DNA of 64,000 nucleotides from Candidatus Saccharimonadia bacterium (GCA_025449535.1 JANWJF010000001.1:613136-677135), one strand, 5' to 3'; numbered from the stretch's first letter, positions 1 through 9,319 are shown. Notes: generated by a model from the sequence alone, not told the origin. Translations and numbers: made by a program.

Positions 1-129
1 CGGCTTCACCCAGACCAGTGCGTACCCGCGGCTGATGGAGACCGCCGGCGTGTCGTTCACCGACCTGCTCGACCGTCTGTTGGCGGACGCCGTGGCGGAT
101 TACCGCGCTTATCGCCAACGGGAACACTA
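1..129 (+). CDS. 3' end of unidentified CDS (partial; runs off window start)
   Basis: Open frame from position 2 to TAG at 127-129 (…GFTQTSAYPRLMETAGVSFTDLLDRLLADAVADYRAYRQREH*); codon third positions are G/C-rich like neighbours; no recognisable domain in 42 aa. Confidence 0.3.
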
Positions 130-144
130 GTCCGCCGCCAGTCG

Positions 145-945
145 TCAGGCATCTTCGAATACGATCGCGGTGTGGATCGGCCGGCCCGCCGGCATCACGT
201 CGCCTTCGGCGAACCCTTCGTCATGCTTGCCGGCCCGCGGCCGGTTGACTAGCCGCCGCTCGCGGACGAGCGTGGTGCCGCCGCCGCCGTCCAGGTTGAG
301 CGCGTATCCGACACCTAGCGACTGCATCAGGCCCGCGAGTTCCGAAATGGTCAGGCCGGCGTCCCCGTCCGGGCCCTTGGCGGTCGTGTGCGGTCCATCG
401 ACGGCCACCGCCCAGACCGTCCCCGCGTCGAAGCCGATCGCCGAGCGCTGGGTACGGATGCATGTCCATTCGTCATCGATCTCCCCTTGCCAGGTCTCCG
501 GCAGGCCTTCGTAGTGGTAGCCGTCTACGATCACGGACCGGCCGTTCCGGACCAGAATCGGTCCGGCGGTCAGCAGGTCGCCCCGCGGCGTGCTCGGCAT
601 CCGTCCCAGGCGGGCGATCTTCAGGTGCGAGCCGTCGATATGCAGCGCGCCGCGCTGGTCCGTCCAGCTCTTGCCGAACGGCTCGCTGTCGATCGCCAGT
701 CCGTCCATCCAGACCCGTCCCAGCGGCTTGCGGGTCTTGCGCGAGAAGAATCCGCCCGTCATCGCATGGTGGGTGCCGGTGCGTCGGCACCACTCGGTGA
801 GCCGTTCCGCCTCGGAAAACACGGCGATCCGGAGCCGGGTCGATTCCCGCGGGAATGCCGCCGCGTGTACCGTGGTCGACCGCCCGTCCGAGAGCGGATG
901 CCGGAACGTGCGGGTAGCCGGATTGTCTTTTGTTGTTACGGTCAC
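145..945 (-). CDS. phosphodiester glycosidase family protein (DUF2233/NAGPA-like)
   Basis: 266-aa ORF; C-terminal LNLDGGGGTTL motif and overall pattern typical of phosphodiester glycosidase family. Confidence 0.6.
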   Translation of the reverse strand: MTVTTKDNPATRTFRHPLSDGRSTTVHAAAFPRESTRLRIAVFSEAERLTEWCRRTGTHHAMTGGFFSRKTRKPLGRVWMDGLAIDSEPFGKSWTDQRGALHIDGSHLKIARLGRMPSTPRGDLLTAGPILVRNGRSVIVDGYHYEGLPETWQGEIDDEWTCIRTQRSAIGFDAGTVWAVAVDGPHTTAKGPDGDAGLTISELAGLMQSLGVGYALNLDGGGGTTLVRERRLVNRPRAGKHDEGFAEGDVMPAGRPIHTAIVFEDA

Positions 946-1135
946 GCAGCCTGTTGGCTAGAGTGTTCGGCCCAATGGTAACGCGATTCGTGCCCGGTCC
1001 GCGAGCCCCAGGAGTGCCCAGGTTCATCCGGGTTTCCATACCATCTCGATTCACGGCTTTGCCGTGAATCGACCCCAGCCCTGCGACGTCTCGCATTTCC
1101 TGAGCCTTGGCTTAGGAAATGTATATGAAGCGTAG

Positions 1136-1207
1136 TGGGTGCAGCAGGACTCGAACCTGCAACCAATTGCTTAAGAGGCAACTGCTCTACCATTGAGCTA
1201 TGCACCC
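1136..1207 (-). tRNA. tRNA-Lys (anticodon CTT), no encoded CCA
   Basis: Reverse complement folds as cloverleaf: acceptor GGGTGCA/TGCACCC, D-arm GCTC-AATGGTA-GAGC, anticodon stem GTTGC/GCAAT with loop CTCTTAA (U33, A37), T-arm GCAGG-TTCGAGT-CCTGC, discriminator A. Confidence 0.85.
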
Positions 1208-1265
1208 GCTCAACCGATTATAGCGGATTCCACGCTGGTTTCGCGGTATACTTGCGGTAACCGCG

Positions 1266-2321
1266 ATGAATATAAACATTCCCCGCATCCTCGCTATCGA
1301 GCTGGCGATCATCGCCGGCGGCGTCATCCTGTACTTCGCGGGCGGCCTGCTGTCTGAGTTCGCTTCGATCGCCTTGGTGATCGCGTTCTCGACCTTGCTG
1401 ACCTATGCGCTGCTCCCGGCCGTGAACCGGCTCGACCGGTTCAAGTACGTGCCGCGCGGCGCGGCGATCCTGGTCACGTACGCGGGGTTGATACTCGCCC
1501 TGGTGGGATTCGTGGCGCTGATCTCCGTGCCGCTTTCCGACCAAGGCCAGGAATTCGCGGAAAATTACCCGGAGTACCAGCGTCAGCTCGAGTCGGGAAT
1601 CCCCGAGACGCAGCGCTGGCTGGACGACCATAAGATCGGCTACGACCTGCAGGCTTCCTCGGACAAGTTCGTCGACAAGCTCGAGATCAGCACCGACGTC
1701 GTGGTCAGCCGGACCGGTTCGATCATCTCCGGGTTCTTCGGGACGCTGTCGTCGATGTTCTTCGTCCTCTTCGTGACGGCGTACTTCCTGCACTCGGGCC
1801 ACCGGTTCGTGGAACGGCTGATCATGTTGTTCCCGAAACGGCGCCACCGGTTCGTCCGCAAGCTCACCCATGACTACGATCGGATCCTTGGCCGATACGT
1901 CCGCGGGCAGCTGATCATCTCCGGAGTCGTGGCGCTGGCGGTCGGTCTGTTCACCAGCGTGATCGGCCTGCCATACTCGGTGATCATCGGACTGATCGCG
2001 GGCATCACGGCATTGATCCCGGTGATCGGCGCGCTGCTCGGGATGGTCATTCCCGTCGTGATCGCGGCGCTGGTCAACCCGATACTGATCCCGGTCTTCA
2101 TCGCCTTCTTCCTGATCCTCAACGAGATCACGGACAAGGTACTGTACCCGCGGGTGGTCGGACGTGCGGTCGAGCTCCATCCGTTGATCGTCTTCTTCGG
2201 ACTGTTGGTCGGCGTCCAGGTGGCCGGCATCGCCGGCGCACTGCTGGCCACTCCAGTCCTCGGATTGCTGAAAGTGACGTTGGTCGCCCTGAATAACTCC
2301 ACCGGATACGCGAGGAACTGA
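1266..2321 (+). CDS. AI-2E family transporter (UPF0118/PerM-like permease)
   Basis: 351-aa polytopic membrane protein; architecture and C-terminal conserved region typical of AI-2E transporter family. Confidence 0.65.
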   Translation: MNINIPRILAIELAIIAGGVILYFAGGLLSEFASIALVIAFSTLLTYALLPAVNRLDRFKYVPRGAAILVTYAGLILALVGFVALISVPLSDQGQEFAENYPEYQRQLESGIPETQRWLDDHKIGYDLQASSDKFVDKLEISTDVVVSRTGSIISGFFGTLSSMFFVLFVTAYFLHSGHRFVERLIMLFPKRRHRFVRKLTHDYDRILGRYVRGQLIISGVVALAVGLFTSVIGLPYSVIIGLIAGITALIPVIGALLGMVIPVVIAALVNPILIPVFIAFFLILNEITDKVLYPRVVGRAVELHPLIVFFGLLVGVQVAGIAGALLATPVLGLLKVTLVALNNSTGYARN

Positions 2322-2326
2322 CTGTC

Positions 2327-2986
2327 ATGCCCGCGAAGAAGCACGTGGTAGTGTTCGATTTTGACGGAGTGGTCGCCGACAGCTTCGGATTGCATATCGA
2401 CTGCTGGAAGCAGGCGCTCAAAGGCGAGGGTACGACGCTGTCCGACGAGGCGGTGCTCAAGGCGCTGGGCTGGAGCTCGCTGGAGACCGCGCAGGTACTC
2501 GTGAAGGAAGCGGGCCTGAAGACTTTCCCGGAAGAGATCGCCAAGCGCAAGACGGGCCTGTTCACGGAGCGCTCACGGAAGGAACTGAACATAATGCCGG
2601 GAGCCGACGCCGCAGTCGCCAGGCTGGCCGGCGAGTTCCATGTCGCGCTGACGTCCGGCCGGACGAGCGCGATCGTCGGCCCGGCCCTGGAGCGCTTCGG
2701 GCTCAAGGATACGTTCGACCTGGTCATCACCGGAGACGACATGCAGCCCCAGGACGAGCTGGACGACCTGTTGGCCCAGGTCTTCGAGCGGCTGAAGCTG
2801 AAGAAGGGCGACGGCGTGATGGTGGACGACTCCCGGAACGGGCTGCTGGCCGCCGAACGCGCCGGGATGAAGTCGGTGGCGTTCGACTCGAACCCGAAGC
2901 TGAAGGTCGATTATTCCATGGCGGATGCCGTGATCGGTTCGCTGGACGAACTCCAGCCCGAACTGCTCCATTCCGTCTTCGGCTGA
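2327..2986 (+). CDS. HAD-IA family hydrolase (beta-phosphoglucomutase/phosphatase-like)
   Basis: N-terminal VVVFDFDGVV (DxDG motif I), internal motif II/III (GDD…D) of HAD superfamily; 219 aa. Confidence 0.75.
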   Translation: MPAKKHVVVFDFDGVVADSFGLHIDCWKQALKGEGTTLSDEAVLKALGWSSLETAQVLVKEAGLKTFPEEIAKRKTGLFTERSRKELNIMPGADAAVARLAGEFHVALTSGRTSAIVGPALERFGLKDTFDLVITGDDMQPQDELDDLLAQVFERLKLKKGDGVMVDDSRNGLLAAERAGMKSVAFDSNPKLKVDYSMADAVIGSLDELQPELLHSVFG

Positions 2987-3025
2987 ATCGGGCCGGGGAA
3001 TTCTTTACACTGGAACTGTCCCTAT

Positions 3026-3099
3026 TCCGGGATCGTCTAATGGTAGGACGCCAGACTCTGAATCTGGTAATCGGGGTTCGAATCCCTGTCCCGGAGCCA
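3026..3099 (+). tRNA. tRNA-Gln (anticodon CTG) with encoded CCA
   Basis: Acceptor TCCGGGA/TCCCGGA, anticodon stem CCAGA/TCTGG loop CTCTGAA, T-arm CGGGG-TTCGAAT-CCCTG, discriminator G then CCA. Confidence 0.85.
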
Positions 3100-3109
3100 A
3101 GGAACACAT

Positions 3110-3829
3110 ATGGAAATACTGGTTACTTTCGTAGCGGGGTTCATAGCGGCGCTGCTGGGCTCCATGAGTGGAGGCGGTGCTGGCTTCTTCGGGCTTTATG
3201 CACTCCTCTTGCTGGGCCTTCCCTTAAATACGGCAATTGCTACCAATAAGTTTGGAGATGTAGGATTTTTTCCGGCATCGATTAGAAACTTTGCCCGCAA
3301 AGGCCTGATCGAGAAAAAGATCTTCTTTCCGTTACTGATCCTTCAGGGGCTCGGAGTTACCGCTGGAACGTTCCTGCTGATTCAGTTGAGTGAAGGCGCA
3401 ATTAAAATCATCGTAACGCTGGTCATTGTCCCGCTGTTCTTCATGCTGGCTTTTAGAAACAGGCAAAACAACACCGGTACGGAAAGTTTTTTATGGAAGC
3501 CCGTTTATTTTTTGTCCTCACTCTACTCAGGCATAGTCGGTGCAGGGAGTGGGTTCATTAGAATGTTCTCCCTGATCAGCTTGAGGAAAATTCCTGCCCT
3601 TCAAGCTGCTGCCAATAGCTTTTCGGCAACGTTCCCTTTTGCCGTTTTATCAGTCGGCATTCTGCTGTATGCCGGGTTGGTCGACATCCGACTTGGCACA
3701 TCGTTGTTTGTCGGTAACCTCCTGGGAGCGCATATCGGTTCCAAGGTGGCGATCAAGAAAGGCAATGAGTTTGTGCGGTACATGTTGCTGGCCCTGATGC
3801 TAGTGACGCTTGTAATGATTTGGGTTTGA
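3110..3829 (+). CDS. sulfite exporter TauE/SafE family membrane protein (DUF81)
   Basis: 239-aa, Gly-rich TM1 (GSMSGGGAGFFGLY), duplicated 4-TM halves typical of TauE/SafE; gene is visibly lower in G+C than flanks and starts 10 nt after tRNA-Gln. Confidence 0.7.
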   Translation: MEILVTFVAGFIAALLGSMSGGGAGFFGLYALLLLGLPLNTAIATNKFGDVGFFPASIRNFARKGLIEKKIFFPLLILQGLGVTAGTFLLIQLSEGAIKIIVTLVIVPLFFMLAFRNRQNNTGTESFLWKPVYFLSSLYSGIVGAGSGFIRMFSLISLRKIPALQAAANSFSATFPFAVLSVGILLYAGLVDIRLGTSLFVGNLLGAHIGSKVAIKKGNEFVRYMLLALMLVTLVMIWV

Positions 3830-3835
3830 TAGCCT

Positions 3836-4987
3836 TTAACGGATGTACTTGATGCCGAAGATGAATGGGGTCGATAGCAACATCGCCAAGAGCAGCCCTT
3901 GCAAAGACGGCAGGAATAGCAGGATGACGTAAGTCAGCAGGCCGGCGGCGACGAAGGAAGCGCAGCAGAACACTTGCATGAAGTAGACGTACTCGAGCGT
4001 TCGACTGGCCCGGGCCTTCTCGTAGTACCGGCTGTACCACGGGGTATCGACCATGGCCCGGGAAGCTCCGTACAGGAAGTTGAGTCCGGTAATGTGAAGG
4101 CTGTTCTGGACGAGGAACCGTAGCGCACCGACGGAGGTCAGCATGTAGGTTCCTTCCTTGATGTAGTGCTTCTCGCCGCGCACGGCTTCCCGCCGTCCGA
4201 TATACAACGAGATCAGGACGGCCGAGATGATCGTCAACGACGTTACCGCGCCGACGCCGACGTAGCTCGGCAGGATCAGGTAGATTACCAGCGGCCAGAC
4301 GTTGCTTTGGATGAAGTCGTCCACCGACATGCAGCCGCCGGCCAGATAATCGGGCAGGAACGGGCGCCATTTGAATGTCGATATCCTCGGCCGGGCCCGC
4401 TTCACGATTTCCGGCCCGCTAAGCAGGGGCACCAATGCTATCAGGCACAGCCCGGCCGCGACCCCATAGGTGACGTTTATCCCGGCGAGCTGACTGATGA
4501 TGCCGCCCAGGATCGGGGCGACGCCTCCGGCGGCTACGTACAGCGCGAACGAGGTACCTACTTGCCGACCTTCCTTCTTGGCGTCGAACCCCATGATGAA
4601 GTTGATCCGTGCCGCATACCAGTACAGCGCCCAGCAGATGCCGAGTATCAAGACCAGGGGCCAGAGCGGCAGGTGGAAGATCGGCAAGGCGATCAGGGAC
4701 CCGATGTGCAGGATGCTGAGTGCGGTACCGATCGCCATGGTGTGGTTACCTCCCACATGGGCCAACAGCCGCATGGTCGGGTACAGACAGGCTAGCTGGA
4801 CGGCGCCGGCCAAGGCGAAGAACAGGACCACTTCCTGCAAGGGGTAGCCGAGCTCGAGCAGGTAGATGGGGATAAAGACCCCGATCAGGGCCATCGCGAC
4901 CCCACGGAGGCTGTGCGACCAGTACATCTTTCCTATCTCACTGAAACGAAGAAAGTGATGCTGGTGGTGATGGATCGGATTGTGCAT
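3836..4987 (-). CDS. MFS-type permease-like membrane protein with His-rich N-terminus (dispersed copy of the 37693..41153 family)
   Basis: 383 aa, ~12 predicted TM segments, N-terminal MHNPIHHHQHHF; clearly alignable with the three tandem ORFs at 37693..41153 (shared blocks FIPIYLLELGYPL, SLYIGRRE, YYEKA). Confidence 0.6.
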   Translation of the reverse strand: MHNPIHHHQHHFLRFSEIGKMYWSHSLRGVAMALIGVFIPIYLLELGYPLQEVVLFFALAGAVQLACLYPTMRLLAHVGGNHTMAIGTALSILHIGSLIALPIFHLPLWPLVLILGICWALYWYAARINFIMGFDAKKEGRQVGTSFALYVAAGGVAPILGGIISQLAGINVTYGVAAGLCLIALVPLLSGPEIVKRARPRISTFKWRPFLPDYLAGGCMSVDDFIQSNVWPLVIYLILPSYVGVGAVTSLTIISAVLISLYIGRREAVRGEKHYIKEGTYMLTSVGALRFLVQNSLHITGLNFLYGASRAMVDTPWYSRYYEKARASRTLEYVYFMQVFCCASFVAAGLLTYVILLFLPSLQGLLLAMLLSTPFIFGIKYIR

Positions 4988-5178
4988 TTATTTCACGAAC
5001 TGCCAGAGAAAAATTTATGCCAGGCAGCCTTAGTGTAGAGCCTTGGTAGCGGGGATTCTAACGTCATCCCAGACCCGGAGCGCTGCCTTTAATGATCTTC
5101 ACAGGACGAGCCAGGGAAGTAACCATTGCTCGAAAGCCATTTAGGCGTATAGTGACCGTGCAACACAGGAGGATCTAT

Positions 5179-5475
5179 ATGGGATTACTATTTGTTCTTA
5201 TCGCACTGCTTTCGCCCCGGCTCGGAATTGTCGTACTGTGGGCGTTCACTAACTACATCGATCGGTCGTTCAACGGGTTCCTGGTCCCGCTCTTGGGGCT
5301 ATTGTTCCTGCCGTGGACGACTTTGATGTACGTGTTGGTCCAGGCTCCCGCGGGCAGAATATCCTTCTGGGGCTGGCTCTTCGTCGGCATCGGGGTGATC
5401 CTGGACATGAGCAGTTACGGTCAAGCGGCTACCCAGGGCAAAAGCTCCGGTGGCTCCGCCGTCCAGACTCCGTAG
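5179..5475 (+). CDS. small hypothetical membrane protein (~99 aa)
   Basis: Start chosen at ATG 5179 preceded by strong SD (acacAGGAGGatctat); 2-3 hydrophobic helices; ORF track shows longer N-extension from 5092 which lacks RBS. Confidence 0.4.
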   Translation: MGLLFVLIALLSPRLGIVVLWAFTNYIDRSFNGFLVPLLGLLFLPWTTLMYVLVQAPAGRISFWGWLFVGIGVILDMSSYGQAATQGKSSGGSAVQTP

Positions 5476-5498
5476 CCTGAGTTGATTCGTTCGGCGGA

Positions 5499-6704
5499 CT
5501 ATCGCCGCGAGCCGTACTGATATTCGCGCGTCATCGGCACCTCGTCCGATAGTCCTTTGGTGGCCAGGATCTGCACGATGTCCAGGTTCCCGAACGCGAA
5601 TCCGGCATAAGAGCCCCGGAGATATAGCCGCCACATCCGGACGAAGCGTTCGTCGTACATCTCGGTCACTTTGACTACCTGGCGCTCGAACCGCTTCGAC
5701 CATTCGTCGAGCGTACGGGCGTAGTGCCGCCGCAGGCTTTCCACGTCGACGGTCCGGAAGCCCTTGTCCGCCAGCTCGGTAATCGCGCTTTGCAGTGTCG
5801 GCAGGTACCCGCCAGGGAAGATGTACTTGTCGGTCCAGATGTTCATCTCGCGGTCCTCGAACTGGGTAATGGTATGCAGCAAGGTGATGCCGCCTGACCG
5901 GAGCAACCGGTCGACCACGGCCATGTACTTGGCATGGTTATCTTTCCCAACATGCTCATACATGCCGACGCTCACGATTCGGTCGAAGCGCTCGGAGCCT
6001 TTGAGGTCTTCGTAGTGCTTGAGTTCGACCGTCACACGACCGGTCAGCTTCTCGTCAATGATCCGTTTTCGGGTGGCCCGGTATTGTTCTTTAGAGAGCG
6101 TGATGCCATGGGCCCGTACGCCATATCGTTTGGCAGCGCGGATAATCAGCTCGCCCCAGCCGCTGCCGATGTCCAGGAGCCGCATGTCTTTCTTGAGACC
6201 GAGCTTCTTCAAGATGTGATCGACCTTTTGCCGTTGCGCGGTTTCCAGCGAGTCAGACGGCTTGCGAAAGTACGCACACGAGTAGGTGAGGGACTTGTCG
6301 AGCCAAAGCCGGTAAAAGTCGTTACCGAGGTCGTAGTGATGTTGGACGTCGCTGAAGTTCGTCCGCTTGGACGTCCGCCGCCCTGGCCTTTGCAGCTTCC
6401 GTAGGTACTTGCCCAGGGCAGCCTGGTTCTCATCACCCAGCCGGGCCAGATCGGCCAGGTCGCCCCGTACGTCGATCCGGCCGTTCATGTAGGCCTCGCC
6501 GACCGCCAAGTCGAGGTCCTTCCGCATCGCTTTGATGATCGTCGGGTCCTTGAAGGTGACGGCTACCCTGGGCTTTCCCGAGCCGTATCGCTTGGTCGTG
6601 CCATCCCAGTAGGTGACGTCGAGTTCGCCGTGTCGAATCCCGGAGAGCGCAGTGTGCAGCAGCTGCTTCTCGAGCATGCTCTCAATATACAGAGACGGCA
6701 GCAC
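5499..6704 (-). CDS. cfa: cyclopropane-fatty-acyl-phospholipid synthase family SAM-dependent methyltransferase
   Basis: 401 aa; CFA synthase N-terminal region and SAM-binding motif LLDIGSGWGEL; characteristic length. Confidence 0.8.
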   Translation of the reverse strand: MLPSLYIESMLEKQLLHTALSGIRHGELDVTYWDGTTKRYGSGKPRVAVTFKDPTIIKAMRKDLDLAVGEAYMNGRIDVRGDLADLARLGDENQAALGKYLRKLQRPGRRTSKRTNFSDVQHHYDLGNDFYRLWLDKSLTYSCAYFRKPSDSLETAQRQKVDHILKKLGLKKDMRLLDIGSGWGELIIRAAKRYGVRAHGITLSKEQYRATRKRIIDEKLTGRVTVELKHYEDLKGSERFDRIVSVGMYEHVGKDNHAKYMAVVDRLLRSGGITLLHTITQFEDREMNIWTDKYIFPGGYLPTLQSAITELADKGFRTVDVESLRRHYARTLDEWSKRFERQVVKVTEMYDERFVRMWRLYLRGSYAGFAFGNLDIVQILATKGLSDEVPMTREYQYGSRR

Positions 6705-6801
6705 TGAGTAAGCACCAGCCTTGCCCTGAGCTTATGTCGGGTAAGTGTTGCATATCGTCGCCCGACGGAGTATCTCTGTAATCAAGTAACCTGAGGGGAT
6801 C

Positions 6802-6990
6802 ATGGCAAAGAAGGAAATCATCAAGTCGAACGGTCCGGGCGGGGCGGTATTTTTCTTCGCGTGGATCGGCGCGCTCGTCTACTTCCTACAGCAGACGAAT
6901 ACGTTCTGGGGCGACGTGCTTGCCGTCCTGAAGTCGTTGATCTGGCCCGCGTACCTCGTCTACGAGGGACTGAAGGCGCTCGGGGCCTAG
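6802..6990 (+). CDS. small hypothetical membrane protein (62 aa)
   Basis: Short ORF with two hydrophobic segments, divergent from cfa; no recognised family. Confidence 0.3.
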   Translation: MAKKEIIKSNGPGGAVFFFAWIGALVYFLQQTNTFWGDVLAVLKSLIWPAYLVYEGLKALGA

Positions 6991-7047
6991 CCGGGTAATC
7001 GAAGCGTATCTTTGAAAAATAAGCTGGTTATGCTATTATCCTGAGTC

Positions 7048-7437
7048 ATGGCAACTCCAGACCACGAGCCTAACCACGATGAACTGACTCAGGGACCTCC
7101 CGACAACGTCTACTCCGATGGCGGCGTGATTAGTTGGGAATACCGTACGCCGGAAGGCGTCCGGGCGACGCTGGGCATCATCCAGCCTGGGTTCAGGGAA
7201 ACGTTTACCGTCGCAGAAGGCGGCGAGAACATCTGCCTGCATGAGCCGGACGGCACCCAACGCCTGCATATCAAGGAAATGTTCGACGGCAAGGTCCATA
7301 GAGCTCATATCTTGAAGCGCGGCACCAACCGGGAGATTAGAATCCCGGGCGGTATAGAGATCGAGGTGAGTACGCCGGAGGGCCAAGGTCCGGTCGCATA
7401 CCTGTGCGAGTATCCCGGCGAACACGTAGGAGACTGA
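7048..7437 (+). CDS. hypothetical acidic protein (129 aa)
   Basis: Plus-strand ORF with genome-typical codon bias; TGA stop overlaps ATG of next ORF (TGAATGG). Preferred over overlapping antisense 260-aa ORF 7036..7818 which has odd composition. Confidence 0.5.
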   Translation: MATPDHEPNHDELTQGPPDNVYSDGGVISWEYRTPEGVRATLGIIQPGFRETFTVAEGGENICLHEPDGTQRLHIKEMFDGKVHRAHILKRGTNREIRIPGGIEIEVSTPEGQGPVAYLCEYPGEHVGD

Positions 7438-7785
7438 ATGGCTCCCGACGGCCAAGAACCGAATCCCGAGATTCCCGTCGGTAGCCGTGTGGTCGTCTTT
7501 AGAAGTGTCGACCACGACGAGAAGCGGGCCGAAGTGTTCGGGTATGGGACGTATGAAGGGGATTTCGTCATGCCTGCCGAGAGCCAGGAAGATGGGGTTG
7601 GCGACCCTAACCCCCGGATACGGCTCGAGGACGGCCGCGAAGTCTGGGGAATCGAATGCTGGTGGGGTACGGAAGAGGACATCTTGGAACCGCTTCGGGG
7701 AGCGGGGTACGAGGTCGTCGAGGTGAGTCTTGAGGAACACCGAGCATCTACCACTGGCTGCATGGACCTGTTCAATCCGAACTGA
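7438..7785 (+). CDS. hypothetical acidic protein (115 aa), translationally coupled to upstream ORF
   Basis: Starts 1 nt after upstream stop; N-terminus (MAPDGQEPNPE) resembles that of upstream partner (MATPDHEPNHDE); no recognised domain. Confidence 0.5.
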   Translation: MAPDGQEPNPEIPVGSRVVVFRSVDHDEKRAEVFGYGTYEGDFVMPAESQEDGVGDPNPRIRLEDGREVWGIECWWGTEEDILEPLRGAGYEVVEVSLEEHRASTTGCMDLFNPN

Positions 7786-7793
7786 GCCGCCGG

Positions 7794-8579
7794 TTGGGCT
7801 ATCCTGCAGGTATGCCAAGGAGCGTCGACTTAGAAACGAAAACCGAGCTCGTCGGCATCCTTAACCTGACGCCGGACAGCTTCAGCGACGGCGGTCGGTA
7901 TGAGGACGCGAGGGCTGCCGTTGAGCACGTGGAACGGTTGTTCGCAGAAGGCGCGGCGCTGGTGGACGTCGGTGCCGAGTCGACCCGGCCCGGTGCCGAG
8001 CCGCTGTCGGCGCAAGCCGAGTGGGAACGCCTGGCGTCAGTCCTGCCGTACCTGTTGGACAAGTACCCTGGACGGATATCGCTGGATACCTATCACCCGG
8101 AGACCGTCCAGCGGGCGTTCGAGCTGGCGCCGGTGGTCGTCAATGACGTGACCGGCCTGCGTGATCCGTACATGGCCGAGGTCGTGGCCGCGCTCGACGC
8201 GACCTGTGTCGTCAGCCACTTGCCAGAAGGCGGTATCCAGGCAGCCCATCGTGCCAAGTCGGCAGCCACCGCCGAGGAAGTGCGCGACGACCTGCTACGT
8301 CAGGTGAAGGAGTTGGTCGGGCGGGGTGTCGACGCGGAGCATCTCATCCTCGACCCGGGTATCGGCTTCGGCAAGCCTCCGGAACTGAACCGGGAGCTAC
8401 TCGGTTTCGCTGCCCTCGTACCGGACTTCCCGGTGATGGTCGGCTATTCGCGGAAGCGCTTTCTCGGGGACGACCACCTCGCCTTGGCGCCGAACTTGGA
8501 AGCGGCCCGGACGGCCGTGGAGTTCGGCGCGAGGTACCTGCGGGTCCATGACGTCGCCGGGCACGCGCCGCTGCTCTAG
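7794..8579 (+). CDS. folP: dihydropteroate synthase
   Basis: Pterin-binding DHPS motifs (GILNLTPDSFSDGG, DVGAESTRPG, HDV at C-term); true start may be ATG at 7812 (MPRSV…). Confidence 0.85.
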   Translation: MGYPAGMPRSVDLETKTELVGILNLTPDSFSDGGRYEDARAAVEHVERLFAEGAALVDVGAESTRPGAEPLSAQAEWERLASVLPYLLDKYPGRISLDTYHPETVQRAFELAPVVVNDVTGLRDPYMAEVVAALDATCVVSHLPEGGIQAAHRAKSAATAEEVRDDLLRQVKELVGRGVDAEHLILDPGIGFGKPPELNRELLGFAALVPDFPVMVGYSRKRFLGDDHLALAPNLEAARTAVEFGARYLRVHDVAGHAPLL

Positions 8580-8597
8580 TCGGGGTATCATACAAGC

Positions 8598-9227
8598 ATG
8601 GATACCAGCGCATTGGTCCTGGCGGTCCCGATGATGGCGGGGCCGCAGATACTCTCGTCGATCATCTTCGTGACCGGCAAGAGCCCGGTCCGGACCTCGA
8701 TGGCGTACGTGGCCGGCATTGCCTTGGCCATCGTCGCCGGTCTGTCAGTCGCTACACTGCTCGCACATGCGCTCAATACCCACGCTTCGATCGGCGGATC
8801 GTCCGGTCCGACCAAGCTCGGCATCGCCATCCAACTCGGGCTGGTCGCCATACTGATCTTCCTAGCGGTGCGGTCGTACCTGAACCGGGCGACGTCCAAG
8901 CCGCCGAAGTGGCTGGCCAAGCTTCAGACCGCGTCACCGAAGCAAGCGTTCCTGCTCGGGGTCCTGTTGATCTTCCTGATGCCGACGGACGTGGTGATCG
9001 TGCTGACGACCGGCTTCCACTTGGAAAGTGAAGGGAAGGCGCTCATCGACGGCTTGCCGTTGGTCGCCGCGACCACACTACTTGCCGGCCTGCCGCTGAT
9101 CCTTTATCTGCTGTTCCGCAAGCGCGCTACCGTGCTGATGCCGAAGGTGCGCGACTGGATGAACGACAACAGCTGGCTGGTGAACATCATCATCTACCTG
9201 CTGTTCGTGGCGTTGATCCTGAGCTGA
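8598..9227 (+). CDS. GAP/Sap-like family membrane protein
   Basis: 209 aa, 6 TM segments with central charged loop; resembles GAP (DUF2910) family; assignment by pattern only. Confidence 0.4.
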   Translation: MDTSALVLAVPMMAGPQILSSIIFVTGKSPVRTSMAYVAGIALAIVAGLSVATLLAHALNTHASIGGSSGPTKLGIAIQLGLVAILIFLAVRSYLNRATSKPPKWLAKLQTASPKQAFLLGVLLIFLMPTDVVIVLTTGFHLESEGKALIDGLPLVAATTLLAGLPLILYLLFRKRATVLMPKVRDWMNDNSWLVNIIIYLLFVALILS

Positions 9228-9244
9228 GCTTTCTCGGAACACGT

Positions 9245-9270
9245 GACAGTCTGAGTGTGATCAGACTGTC
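9245..9270 (+). terminator. hairpin (10-bp perfect stem gacagtctga/tcagactgtc, loop gtgtga) after membrane protein gene; no U-tract
   Basis: Seen directly in sequence 18 nt after stop at 9227. Confidence 0.45.
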
Positions 9271-9319
9271 TGACGATACGCTTGAAGACGGAAGCAGTGA
9301 AAAGATATAGTTACCCGTT

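Noticed and set aside
1046-1121. Two hairpins between tRNA-Lys and the glycosidase gene (11-bp stem tcgattcacgg/ccgtgaatcga; 8-bp stem catttcct/aggaaatg)
   Set aside because: Probably a tRNA 3' processing or terminator structure and promoter-proximal sequence. Nothing suggests a distinct functional element beyond that.
7036-7818. 260-aa minus-strand ORF covering the two small acidic plus-strand ORFs
   Set aside because: The plus-strand pair shows translational coupling (TGAATG) and plausible protein composition. The minus ORF has no start context and a Ser/Pro/Arg-rich composition. Kept only as an alternative in the finding.
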